Shown: positions 19,158 to 28,603 of the stretch, piece after piece | Numbering within the stretch: position 1 is the stretch's first letter | How the letters are laid out: every line of letters starts with the position of its first letter | IMG/VR virus record: IMGVR_UViG_3300023443_000216 | Location: 1-55,748 of that record | DNA: 55,748 nucleotides | Direction: 5' to 3' (one strand) | From: a virus | Lineage: Duplodnaviria > Caudoviricetes | Notes under the pieces: generated by a model | Seen by the model: the letters and a program-made list of their open reading frames with translations, nothing else | Database searches by the model: none | Told to the model about the DNA's origin: nothing | Program-made: the position numbers and the translations under genes

Positions 19158-19933
19158 TCAGTTTCAGCAGTCCAGTTACCTTCATCCATAACCAATTGAT
19201 ACTCCCGCCACCACTCACGGTGATATAGATTTCCTCCAGCTTTCTCAGCTAACTCTCCCTCATATAGTCTCCTATACTCCCAAACAGGTAATGTACGCCT
19301 GGCTTCCTCCATAGATGTCTGTGTATAAGTGGGATTGGCTGTAGACTTAAACTTAACAAACTCAACATCATAATTAGGAGATGGTTTTTCTGGTGTACCT
19401 AATTCCTGCTTAATCCACCTAACATTACGTGGTGTACCTGTGAGAAGCACTTGACCCATCATAAGGCTATATTGATCCCTCTGTCCTGCGTAGTAGCGTG
19501 TACGTTCCATAGCTCTTCTAAACGCACCTAAAGGACATTCATCAAACTCATCTATCCAACAACCAGCTACGTGCGCTCCTTCCCAATGAGTTAAACTTTC
19601 TGCACTCGCAAATAATATATTACCACTCTTACACTCAATACGCCTATGCTGTATACGTAATTCAGGTTCCTCCCCTAAACCTTCAAGAAACTGCACTACG
19701 GTCAACCTTTTAGGATCAATAGGATCAATAACTACACGGTCTAAAAGAGCATAGGTGGGAAAACCAATAAGCCATGAAAAACCTGGATGCTTCTGCATAC
19801 GAGTATAGAGCCACTGATAAGCACCTGAAGTCTTACCACCACCTTGACCAGCCGTTACAGCAGTTACACGAGCACCAGAGGTTATGAACTCTAACTGACC
19901 CTCATGTAGGGATGTGGTCTTGAGTATAGCCAC
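19154..19933 (-). CDS. terL: Terminase large subunit, N-terminal ATPase domain (stand-alone gene)
   Basis: LHEGQ, Walker A AGQGGGKT, Walker B CWIDE, motif C LTGTP, STANP, YRRLYEGE, GNLYHREWW. Confidence 0.88.
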   Translation of the reverse strand: MAILKTTSLHEGQLEFITSGARVTAVTAGQGGGKTSGAYQWLYTRMQKHPGFSWLIGFPTYALLDRVVIDPIDPKRLTVVQFLEGLGEEPELRIQHRRIECKSGNILFASAESLTHWEGAHVAGCWIDEFDECPLGAFRRAMERTRYYAGQRDQYSLMMGQVLLTGTPRNVRWIKQELGTPEKPSPNYDVEFVKFKSTANPTYTQTSMEEARRTLPVWEYRRLYEGELAEKAGGNLYHREWWREYQLVMDEGNWTAETE

Positions 19934-20185
19934 TTAAACAGTTTCAGTCCAACTCAACTGTATATCATTCGGCAAAGTACTTGTACCACCACTAAAATCA
20001 GTATTATCCGGCTTAACCTTTTCAACAGTCATATCAATAGTAACACCCTTCTTCATAGATATATGATAATCCCTTAATGCAACATGTACATCACTAGCAA
20101 ACTTCTGGGCGTCATACAATGTCTCACCCTCACAGGTTATAGTGAATATGATCTTATGCAAACTAGCCGGTTTCTGTTGTACCAT
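19934..20185 (-). CDS. Hypothetical protein
   Basis: Coupled ORF with GGAGG RBS. Confidence 0.5.
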   Translation of the reverse strand: MVQQKPASLHKIIFTITCEGETLYDAQKFASDVHVALRDYHISMKKGVTIDMTVEKVKPDNTDFSGGTSTLPNDIQLSWTETV

Positions 20186-20409
20186 TACTCCACCTCCTTA
20201 CATACTAATACTCCATTGTGCCTACACTCATAAACATCCCACAAGCCAACACCGAGAGCTTCTATAATCTTCTTAGCTGTCTTAGGATAAGCTACCACTG
20301 TCCTACCCTTTTCTTGATACTGTATAGTCTTAGGCTCCACATCAGCAGCATTAGCAAGTTGGTTGATGGACATACCTAACTCAAGCCTAAATTTAGTCAA
20401 TGCTAGCAA
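20185..20409 (-). CDS. XRE-family HTH regulator
   Basis: RLELGMSINQLANAADVEPKTIQYQEKG. Confidence 0.8.
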   Translation of the reverse strand: MLALTKFRLELGMSINQLANAADVEPKTIQYQEKGRTVVAYPKTAKKIIEALGVGLWDVYECRHNGVLVCKEVE

Positions 20410-20630
20410 TACAAATCCCTCTCAAGTGCCAAATCTACCATTTCCTCTTTATATTCCTCATATTCTTTCTTAAGCTCTGTATAAGCTATCTGGACACCCA
20501 CTATTAACTTCAGCAATCGAGGTACGTCTTCTATATATGCACGTCCATACGCGTGAGGACTAATCACCATAAGCTTCTCTATAATGCGCACCATAGCTCG
20601 TATCTCTGCCAGCCACTGCTCAGTTGCCAC
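20403..20630 (-). CDS. Hypothetical protein
   Basis: Coupled ORF. Confidence 0.5.
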   Translation of the reverse strand: MATEQWLAEIRAMVRIIEKLMVISPHAYGRAYIEDVPRLLKLIVGVQIAYTELKKEYEEYKEEMVDLALERDLYC

Positions 20631-20821
20631 TATTCAACTCCTGCGCGCATAAAACAAAGACACGCTTCCATTTCTATATCACCTGGCTTGACCAACATAA
20701 AATCCCAGTCATTACAATAATGATACTCATTCCTGTCTTTAAATAACATATGACATTTCACACAATAATAAGGCATCTTAGCTACCCATACATGATCACA
20801 GAACTCCATAGGTCTAACCAC
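20630..20821 (-). CDS. Hypothetical Cys-rich protein
   Basis: CDHVW...CVKC; YCNDWDF...EACLC. Confidence 0.5.
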   Translation of the reverse strand: MVRPMEFCDHVWVAKMPYYCVKCHMLFKDRNEYHYCNDWDFMLVKPGDIEMEACLCFMRAGVE

Positions 20822-21383
20822 TATTCAACTCCTTTTGGTGTACAGTCCGGTCTACCCACTGAGGCCAATCCTCTTCTTTACCATTAATATATATCGTAAC
20901 AACAGACCTATTATCTTGGTTAATAACACCACCTGCTATTTCAGTTTCTACCTTTTCAAAGCCTAACCACTTAGCCCGATCTCTCTTTACCTGAAGACGC
21001 TTATCTATCCACTCAGTAACATTATCACTTAAAGCTTTGATTTCCTTAGCTTGCGAATTTGGATCTTTCAAACACAACTCCAGATGTTTAACATTCTTAT
21101 CTATCAGTTTAATAAACAAGGCTTCCATTTCATCTAACTCAGCCAACTCACGCTGCTTACGGCCTATAATATCAGCCTTATGTACTCCTAGACTTGCCTT
21201 ATCGATAGCTCTAATGTCTTTCTCAATAGTAGAGGTTTTTACATCTAATTTAACTGCTATTTCATGATAAGTAAGATGTTGTCTAAGATAGAGCTTTACT
21301 AGATCACGTCTAGCTTCTACACCCTGCTTACCGGCTAATGCTTTAGTTTCCTTCTTTTGTAATTGGCTTTTAGGTCTAGGCAT
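20814..21383 (-). CDS. Putative terminase small subunit
   Basis: N-terminal HTH (LTYHEIAVKLDVKTSTIEKDI), helical body ending RAKWLG; upstream of the terL ATPase gene. Confidence 0.6.
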   Translation of the reverse strand: MPRPKSQLQKKETKALAGKQGVEARRDLVKLYLRQHLTYHEIAVKLDVKTSTIEKDIRAIDKASLGVHKADIIGRKQRELAELDEMEALFIKLIDKNVKHLELCLKDPNSQAKEIKALSDNVTEWIDKRLQVKRDRAKWLGFEKVETEIAGGVINQDNRSVVTIYINGKEEDWPQWVDRTVHQKELNSG

Positions 21384-21581
21384 CTAATCTTCATCCAGTA
21401 CACCACACCCACAGGCACAGAACCGTTTTGGTTTTTGGAATAGTCTGTTGGGATGGATATTCGGGTTGTAATATTTTCGTGCGTAACGACCTTCTTCACG
21501 TGCTCTTGACCACACATATAAAACCATACCTAACATAAAAACTGCAAAAAGACCAATACCAATCAAATCACCCAGAGTCAT
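21384..21581 (-). CDS. Small membrane protein
   Basis: TM helix plus CACGCG. Confidence 0.45.
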   Translation of the reverse strand: MTLGDLIGIGLFAVFMLGMVLYVWSRAREEGRYARKYYNPNIHPNRLFQKPKRFCACGCGVLDED

Positions 21582-21769
21582 ACATCTTCTCTCTTGACCA
21601 CGATTTGCTACGCAGTTTATAAGTATACATTATTTTTTATGTTTATGGTAATCTGCATGGAATGTTAACACTAATACAAACACTGCCAAAACACCAATAA
21701 CAATCCATTGCCAAATATCATGCTCACTCATTTTCTATTACACAAACCACATAGTTGTTCAACCATAAT

Positions 21770-22138
21770 TTATATAACCTCACTGTAATATTCAACTGGT
21801 ATACCTAAAGACTCTGCATACTCTATCTCACTACGTGTACTGGGTCCTATATAGCCATCCACATCAACGACAAACACAGAATCAGCTAAATCTATCTTAC
21901 GCTTATGTAGTTCATCCAAAGCTTCTTTTACTTCTGGTTGGTCAAACTGAGGGTCTATATCACCATCATAAGTAACAACCTCTGGTCTAAGCACAATATA
22001 TCCAGCCAAAGTCTTGGAGATGGCGATCTCGTTGAAAACTTGTGCAAATCTGGTAGAGCCACACAAACAGATAATTCGTGGATTACCTCCCCACATCTCT
22101 TGTGATATAGTCTCATATATATTACTCATATTAATCAC
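21770..22138 (-). CDS. Nucleoside 2-deoxyribosyltransferase-like fold protein
   Basis: ICLCGSTRF...LHKRKIDLADSVFVVDVDGYIGPSTRSEIEYA. Confidence 0.65.
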   Translation of the reverse strand: MINMSNIYETISQEMWGGNPRIICLCGSTRFAQVFNEIAISKTLAGYIVLRPEVVTYDGDIDPQFDQPEVKEALDELHKRKIDLADSVFVVDVDGYIGPSTRSEIEYAESLGIPVEYYSEVI

Positions 22139-22466
22139 TGCGCTTAAACGTCAATCTACGACTCTGTGTCACCTCAGTGGCATACAACAGCACCTCAAGG
22201 CTTACACCCCTCTCTATGAGCTTCTCACGACTGATAGACCTACGTTCTGTTGGAGTGTACTTAACTAAATACATAGGATCATGAGTTCCAGATTCTGCAT
22301 GTGACATATTACCAACTTCAACTTCCCTATCATCATAGTCACTAAATTTCATATCCAATTCTTCACGCAGTTTCTTTTCCTTTTTCTCAAAATATAATCT
22401 ATCGGCTTTAATTTCCTCATACTCTTGTAATGTAGCAAACAGTTGGTCATCTAAGATTTTAGGCAT
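22131..22466 (-). CDS. Hypothetical phage protein
   Basis: Coiled-coil N-terminus; coupled ORF. Confidence 0.55.
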   Translation of the reverse strand: MPKILDDQLFATLQEYEEIKADRLYFEKKEKKLREELDMKFSDYDDREVEVGNMSHAESGTHDPMYLVKYTPTERRSISREKLIERGVSLEVLLYATEVTQSRRLTFKRSD

Positions 22467-22657
22467 TACTCAACCTCCTTAGCTCTTATTTTCTCCGATT
22501 CATCCAATTTATGCTTAATAGAATATAAATGCCCCACAGTAGTTTGAGATTCATCTCTAAGAAACTTTGAACCATAATAACTATCAACAGACAACATCAT
22601 ATTTAAATGATTCTTTAACTTCTCTGCCTCAATCTCTGTTAGTATAATACTTCTCAC
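22466..22657 (-). CDS. Hypothetical protein
   Basis: Coupled to the polymerase stop. Confidence 0.5.
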   Translation of the reverse strand: MRSIILTEIEAEKLKNHLNMMLSVDSYYGSKFLRDESQTTVGHLYSIKHKLDESEKIRAKEVE

Positions 22658-25600
22658 AACGTCAACTCCTGTGTATTAGCCCACGAAAGACCAGATTTAG
22701 CTTCAGCCAGTACCGGCACACTCAGAGACACTGCACTACACAACGCATCAATAACAACCATAGCTACAGGTATAACATCATCTATGGGTACCTCTCCACC
22801 TAATTCATCATGGAATTGACCTATAAGATCTAGTGGTATATTTTGTCTATCACGTTCCCTAACCAAATTAGCTGTGCCTATCTTCAACAATCCTGCTGCT
22901 CCACCCTGAATGGGTTGATTACCTGCTTTACGCTCACCTGCTTCTCTAATCCACTGATGGGGGGAACTAAGCTCTGGTATATAACACCTTCTACCCCACA
23001 TGTCTATAGCGTAACCATTCTGATAACTAAGTTCAATAGTATGGCGTGTGTATTCCTGAACCTCTGGATACAACTTAAAGTAATCCTCAATCAAGTCTTG
23101 ACAGTCTCTAAGACTCCATCCTTTTACCTCATTTTCTATCATAAGATCTAAGAGTCCTTGTGCACTGATCCCATAGACAACCCCGAAATTAACATTCTTA
23201 ATGGGTTTCCTGTACCTATCTTCTTTTGCAATCTCTCTATCAACATTAAAAACTCTGCAAGCAGTATCAGTATGAACATCACCACCCATCCTAAACAATG
23301 CAATAAGATTACTACAACCTGAAGCATGAGCTAACACCCTCATCTCTATCTGACTATTATGCGTATAAACCCCACAAGATAATGCGAACAAATGTGAGTC
23401 TGATTCCACTTCAATATCTACAGTTTGCTTTTCCCCAACATATTCTATCAATACAACCTTGTGATTATGTCCTTCCCTACGTGCACTCCAATAACAATTC
23501 GTTGAACAATACTTCTGCTGCTTACATGGTGGCACATAAAATTCCACATTACAATATAAACACTCTAACTGTGGTCCCTTCCTATACCCATATCTAGGAT
23601 TTAAATCTCCACGGTAATCACGCCCAGTACTAAGTGCTTCCCTCAACTTTTCTAACCTGAGTGTATGATCTTGTCTAGCATAGCTACGTGGACTATCCTT
23701 AGCACGATGCTCAGATTGTAATAGATACTGCAAATTCTTGGGGGTATCATTCCCTGGATTACCATCAATATGGTCTACCTCATATCCTTCCGGCCTATCC
23801 CCATATACCAATTGAGCCACAGTCAGAGCTTCTTTTGTATATTCAATAGCCTTATGCGCATACATGTGTGATCTATAATTAGCATACACCCGCTTTAAAG
23901 GCAACAATCTATCTCCAACTCCAATATCTGAAATAGAAACTAATTCATAATCATCGTTCTGATAATAATATAGCCTTGGAACTTTGTGATTAGCAGTAGC
24001 TGTAAAAGATTCACCATTATCTAAAGTAATTTTCCAACATTTTTGTATACCACTATATCTACGACCTTTCACATAAGCAGCCTTGGGACGCCTATCCCCA
24101 TATGAATAGATAATATCCCCTTTCTTCAGATCCTCTATAGCTACATCACCATAAGGGGTATCAACTAAAGTACCTTCAGCTAAACACAAATCTACAAACA
24201 ACAATTGTTTACCAGGACGTGCTATGAATGCATCACGTACTTCTCTACCCAACTCTGTCCTAACTGGTATGGTTTGAAGTGGTGGATCACTTACTTTGAG
24301 ACGCCCAGTATCAGTACCAGCAAGACGAATGGCAGGGTGTACAACAAAACAACTACTGTCCAGAATATCAACGGACGTGAATCTAGGAAGCTTTTCAGCA
24401 TAACTACTCCTGACCTTTAGTATCTTTCTATATTCCAGTATGGGTTTGATCACTGGATGCTTTATCTTGCTAAGTTCTTTATCATTGGTACTGGCTTTCT
24501 TAGCTTTCTTGGTCTTCTTAGTTACATCATATCCTAGTTCTTCATACACCAACTGGCGTACCTGATCATGACTATTGGGATTGAAACCATATCCAGCAAT
24601 GTCTTTACATATCTCTGCCTGTTCCTGCATCAGTACTATACATTTCTCAGACAATGCGTGTAACTTACCCACATCAACAGCCATACCATTCTGCATCATC
24701 TCAAGACACACAGGAAGCATAGACATTTCCATCTTGAATACATCTTCAAGTCCTGCGTCTCTCAGCATAGGCATAAGTTTCTGACACACACGCCAGGTAG
24801 CATCAGAATCACGACTAGAATAGTACACAGCTTCTTCATGTGGTACATCATGCAAACCCGCATCACGCATAGGACCAAGCACGTCTTCCACACACCTACG
24901 CTCACGTTCATCTATATCATACCAAGCCTTGTAAACGTCAAAGTCTGGATTACCTTCTGCTTTCTTAATCCTAGCTCGTATCTTTGTGCCTATGTTCTGA
25001 GGATTTTTAGTTAATTGAGCCAACTCACCTTTATAATTGGACCATTCCCAATCTAGTAATTCTGGTGGATCAGACCACTCACTGTCCGCTGCGTTTAGAT
25101 ACTCTAAAGCTACTTCACGTCTGTAAGGCTGAACATACTCCATGTAATCATGCATCTCCATACCACACAAGACATAGGCCAGTGTCTTTAATCCCATAGG
25201 TATCTGCAAGATCCAAGCAGCAATCATATTATCTATTGGGTTGAGTATATCTATGAACTTGGCATCATACAGATAGTTATGGACTATAACTTTTGAGTCT
25301 CTGTGTATTCTGATAGCAAGACTGTTTGCATGAAGGACACTAGTTTGCCCCCACAATCTGATAGGAATAAAGTATCCATACCCTGGTCTGTCTGTAATTT
25401 GTATACTCCATAACTCGGACCTGCCATTAACCTCAATAGTTTCTGTATCAAGCGCAAACAAAGGGAGTGATAAAAGTCTCTCAGCTTCTTCAACACTGGT
25501 TACCTCTTCATAAATAGGATCTGGGTATTCATCAACTTGAGTAGTGGGGTAGTCATTAGAGCCACTAGCGTTAGCTACCCTTGGGAAACGTATAGGACAA

Positions 25601-25698
25601 GTATATAATCCTGTCTTCTCGTTCCTCTCTACAGCGTCTGTGCATCCCAAGTAGGGCATCTTACACAGATCACATGCTATGTTATTTTCGTGAAACAT
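22654..25698 (-). CDS. polA: DNA polymerase family A with 3'-5' exonuclease, intein-containing
   Basis: Exo motifs ALDTET, HNYLYD, YSSRD; TGRL...PPLQTIP; motif A VDL|SQIEMR; motif B RKPIKNVNFGVVYG; motif C QFHDEL. Confidence 0.95.
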   Translation of the reverse strand: MFHENNIACDLCKMPYLGCTDAVERNEKTGLYTCPIRFPRVANASGSNDYPTTQVDEYPDPIYEEVTSVEEAERLLSLPLFALDTETIEVNGRSELWSIQITDRPGYGYFIPIRLWGQTSVLHANSLAIRIHRDSKVIVHNYLYDAKFIDILNPIDNMIAAWILQIPMGLKTLAYVLCGMEMHDYMEYVQPYRREVALEYLNAADSEWSDPPELLDWEWSNYKGELAQLTKNPQNIGTKIRARIKKAEGNPDFDVYKAWYDIDERERRCVEDVLGPMRDAGLHDVPHEEAVYYSSRDSDATWRVCQKLMPMLRDAGLEDVFKMEMSMLPVCLEMMQNGMAVDVGKLHALSEKCIVLMQEQAEICKDIAGYGFNPNSHDQVRQLVYEELGYDVTKKTKKAKKASTNDKELSKIKHPVIKPILEYRKILKVRSSYAEKLPRFTSVDILDSSCFVVHPAIRLAGTDTGRLKVSDPPLQTIPVRTELGREVRDAFIARPGKQLLFVDLCLAEGTLVDTPYGDVAIEDLKKGDIIYSYGDRRPKAAYVKGRRYSGIQKCWKITLDNGESFTATANHKVPRLYYYQNDDYELVSISDIGVGDRLLPLKRVYANYRSHMYAHKAIEYTKEALTVAQLVYGDRPEGYEVDHIDGNPGNDTPKNLQYLLQSEHRAKDSPRSYARQDHTLRLEKLREALSTGRDYRGDLNPRYGYRKGPQLECLYCNVEFYVPPCKQQKYCSTNCYWSARREGHNHKVVLIEYVGEKQTVDIEVESDSHLFALSCGVYTHNSQIEMRVLAHASGCSNLIALFRMGGDVHTDTACRVFNVDREIAKEDRYRKPIKNVNFGVVYGISAQGLLDLMIENEVKGWSLRDCQDLIEDYFKLYPEVQEYTRHTIELSYQNGYAIDMWGRRCYIPELSSPHQWIREAGERKAGNQPIQGGAAGLLKIGTANLVRERDRQNIPLDLIGQFHDELGGEVPIDDVIPVAMVVIDALCSAVSLSVPVLAEAKSGLSWANTQELTL
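23356..24186 (-). mobile_element. Intein (277 aa) with HNH endonuclease, inserted in PolA motif A
   Basis: Begins CLAEGTLV, block B TATANHK, ends VYTHN followed by Ser; internal VDHIDGNPGNDTPKNL and CxxC...YCSxxC. Confidence 0.93.
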
Positions 25699-25852
25699 AC
25701 TTACACCCTACATGAAACCAACCCTTAGCAGATATAAAAACTGAACCCATCTCTAAAGGATAGATTTCTCTACCACAATATATACAACCTCCAGTTGTGA
25801 GCGTATTACCAGGCTGCGGACTGGTTGACTTAGTAGTCATTCGCTATACACA

Positions 25853-26152
25853 CTATAAATTCTCATGAGCTAGACGAATCGCCGCAACTATATCAAAAGG
25901 TTCCTCGTGGTCCCAATTGTGTATAACTTCATCAAAGTCTGATGGCATACCGTTGTCCTCAAGCATAGCCAGTGTTGTACACATACCAACTAAATACAAA
26001 CGCAATAGATCCACATCTTGATCCAACGCATGAAAAAATATCACCATCATCTGTTCGTGGTGTTTGAACATATAAGAAGCCACACTAGACCATTCATTGC
26101 CCGATGGTTCAGATCGAGGTGACATATTGCTAAAAGGCTTACTAGTCATCAT
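25853..26152 (-). CDS. Hypothetical protein
   Basis: Coupled ORF with GGAGG RBS. Confidence 0.55.
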   Translation of the reverse strand: MMTSKPFSNMSPRSEPSGNEWSSVASYMFKHHEQMMVIFFHALDQDVDLLRLYLVGMCTTLAMLEDNGMPSDFDEVIHNWDHEEPFDIVAAIRLAHENL

Positions 26153-26445
26153 CCACCTCCATAACTAGATGGATCACCATGAGACTCCCCCCTTGGCATC
26201 TGGTGTGCCTCCAACTCGTGCATCCGCTTGTGTAACTGTAGGTTTTCTAGATACAAAGCATCATAGTATTCAAGAACAGCAGCTTTCCCTATCTGCAAAG
26301 AGTCTACCAACTCCAACAACCACAGTGATTGCTCTGCAATATCAATAGCTATTTGCTTCCGTTCATCAAGTGTAGAAGACAAGCGGTATCGCTTCACCAA
26401 TGTTTGTATTACATTTAGCCATTTCTCCATGTTCTCAGTTGTCAT
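26149..26445 (-). CDS. Hypothetical protein
   Basis: Coupled ORF. Confidence 0.55.
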   Translation of the reverse strand: MTTENMEKWLNVIQTLVKRYRLSSTLDERKQIAIDIAEQSLWLLELVDSLQIGKAAVLEYYDALYLENLQLHKRMHELEAHQMPRGESHGDPSSYGGG

Positions 26446-27038
26446 GTATTCTTCTCCAAATATTCCCTAGTATCCACAATTAATTTCCAGGTAGCATCTA
26501 GTTCTTCTTGCTCAAACTCCAACACATCAACATAGAATTTTGCTACAGGTCTGCCCTTTTTTTCTGGATGTGGAATATGCAGTATAAGTATCCAGAATTC
26601 CTTCACACTCTCTGAATAACAGTATGCCTTAAACTGGTGCATATTCTGGTGTTTCTGAGTAAAGTCTGGGTTACCTGTGGTGAATTTCATGTCAACAATT
26701 GCTACCAATCGTTCACCATCCCACACCTTGGCATCTAAATTACCTAGTATGTCCCCAATCCATACTTCTAGTGGTTTATCCTGAGTAGCATACTCAACTG
26801 TGTAACCAAGATAGCTAGCATATTCAGTAAGCCAAGGTCTAGCTGATGGTTCCCATATCCTACCCATAGCCATGAGTCCACTATCATCACCAGTATATAG
26901 AGCAGCACGCTTGCCTTGTGATATAGCTAATCCTTCCGCTATGAGGTTGGTCACATGCCAAGTGTCTTTACGAATCTGTGGGGGATCTAGACTATCAGCG
27001 ACAACTGACAAGGGGTATTCTTTACGTGTTATTTTCAT
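26442..27038 (-). CDS. PD-(D/E)XK nuclease (Cas4/RecB-like)
   Basis: WHVT..., MGRIWE, GNLDA...IVDMKFT, QFKAYC. Confidence 0.7.
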   Translation of the reverse strand: MKITRKEYPLSVVADSLDPPQIRKDTWHVTNLIAEGLAISQGKRAALYTGDDSGLMAMGRIWEPSARPWLTEYASYLGYTVEYATQDKPLEVWIGDILGNLDAKVWDGERLVAIVDMKFTTGNPDFTQKHQNMHQFKAYCYSESVKEFWILILHIPHPEKKGRPVAKFYVDVLEFEQEELDATWKLIVDTREYLEKNT

Positions 27039-27723
27039 GTCTAAATAACCTTTCAATTCTAGATATTTTTTCATTGTTTTTGTTGCCTATATCAGTCTTA
27101 GTTGATATTTCTAAAACACACTCAAAATCATCCGGTGCAACATATTCAGATATCACAACAGTATTATTTTGTGACCACTCACGCATTGTATCCCAAAATT
27201 CTATATGATTAAATCCCTTAAGTGCATCAAATCCGGTTGTATTTTCGTAGGGGGGATCGCAGTATATCAAAGCATCAAATGGTTCCCAATATCTATAGTC
27301 ATTAGGATAAAACAGTACACCATCAATACGTGGTTTCAATTTTAACAATGAATTATATCCATTAAGCGCATAGTTTCTATCTGACTTAGGATCTCTGGCA
27401 TATCCACCAAACCACTTACCGCTGAAACTGCAGGCTACGGCTATGAATGCTCGTAATGCCGGATCTATAGACTTATCTCTTTTAGCATCTTTGTATTCAT
27501 TTTCTGTAACTTGTTGTGGTGGTAACCAGCCATCTTGTAATGCTCTATACATTGCAATTAGATCAGTATTAGCATCAGATGCAATTCTAAATCCATTCAT
27601 TCTACTAATAATATTGGCACCACCAACAAATGGTTCCAAAAATATCTGTTCTGATATACGAATTGATTCAAGATAACCCACTACTTTCTTAGCTACCCTA
27701 AATTTTCCTCCTAGATAATGCAT
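27022..27723 (-). CDS. D12-class N6-adenine DNA methyltransferase
   Basis: YLGGK, EPFVGG, IYCDPPY, VVISEY. Confidence 0.9.
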   Translation of the reverse strand: MHYLGGKFRVAKKVVGYLESIRISEQIFLEPFVGGANIISRMNGFRIASDANTDLIAMYRALQDGWLPPQQVTENEYKDAKRDKSIDPALRAFIAVACSFSGKWFGGYARDPKSDRNYALNGYNSLLKLKPRIDGVLFYPNDYRYWEPFDALIYCDPPYENTTGFDALKGFNHIEFWDTMREWSQNNTVVISEYVAPDDFECVLEISTKTDIGNKNNEKISRIERLFRHENNT

Positions 27724-27914
27724 TTTTGTACCAACCTGCTATATATCTCATAACCATTTTCAGTTAAGTTCTCTGGTCCACTTAACATAAGTGATGGTTT
27801 AAATCCTATCCTGTCTAACCTACCAAATATCTCATATTCTTTAGACCACTGCCCTTTATGCCATAACATAGCATACACATAGTAAGCTTCACATATATCA
27901 AATCTATCAAACAT
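27711..27914 (-). CDS. Hypothetical phage protein
   Basis: FDRFDICEAYY...WHKGQWSKEY; coupled ORF. Confidence 0.6.
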   Translation of the reverse strand: MFDRFDICEAYYVYAMLWHKGQWSKEYEIFGRLDRIGFKPSLMLSGPENLTENGYEIYSRLVQKCII

Positions 27915-28359
27915 GTAAGTAACACCATCCTATCGCAATTGCATCTTGAATATCTTGTTGTGTATCCTGGTACTCTGGATAATGATAAGCAACACCTTCT
28001 CTGATGGCCAACTTCCTGGCTTCTCTACGCTGTCTACCTTTACCATCCAAAGATATAGCCTTGACCACTGAGGATGCATGTATCTCAACAGGTTCACAAT
28101 TGTACATCTTGGCCAACTGGCGTAAGCAACGCAACAATACTTGTAGTTCCGGATTCCTAGGACCACGCCATGATTCCCACACCAGCACATCAGCATCACG
28201 CAACAAATGTTTGATACTCTCTATAATATTAGCAATACGTTCATAACTCAACCAATTTTCTGGGGGTGATACAACATCAGCATAGATCAAATGATTGTCA
28301 TCAAAGAATGCATATCCAGTGTGGTAAGTTCCTCCATCGATTGCTAATATTTTGACCAT
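27907..28359 (-). CDS. ruvC: RuvC-like Holliday junction resolvase
   Basis: ILAIDGG..TGYA, LVWE, QDIQDAIAIG. Confidence 0.8.
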   Translation of the reverse strand: MVKILAIDGGTYHTGYAFFDDNHLIYADVVSPPENWLSYERIANIIESIKHLLRDADVLVWESWRGPRNPELQVLLRCLRQLAKMYNCEPVEIHASSVVKAISLDGKGRQRREARKLAIREGVAYHYPEYQDTQQDIQDAIAIGWCYLHV

Positions 28360-28440
28360 AACTTTTACCCTCTCCATGCGACCTTGGGCACCCGCGCGTA
28401 AGCGCATTGGGTGACTGATGAGCATGCTCCATTTTATTAA

Positions 28441-28600
28441 GATCAATTAGTAATATATAGTATGCCCATCAAAAAGGCTCTAATTACTTTATTTTATATC
28501 TAATATGTATAATATTTCCTTATGGGCATTTTTCTAAGTATAGGTTTGCCCATCGCCCATCGACTTGTGGGCATCATTCGCCCATACCATGCCCATCGAA
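28441..28600. other. Candidate replication origin: AT-rich tract with GCCCAT iterons
   Basis: GCCCAT at 28464, 28548, 28555, 28580 and 28591; inverted ATGGGC at 28522; AT-rich 28480-28520; immediately downstream of the primase-helicase gene. Confidence 0.5.
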
Positions 28601-28603
28601 TAT

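Noticed and set aside
15927-27723. DNA hypermodification as the main purpose of the sugar genes
   Set aside because: No hydroxymethylase, thymidylate-synthase-like or other base-handle enzyme was recognised, and the glyco genes cluster with virion genes rather than replication genes. Kept only as a less likely alternative.
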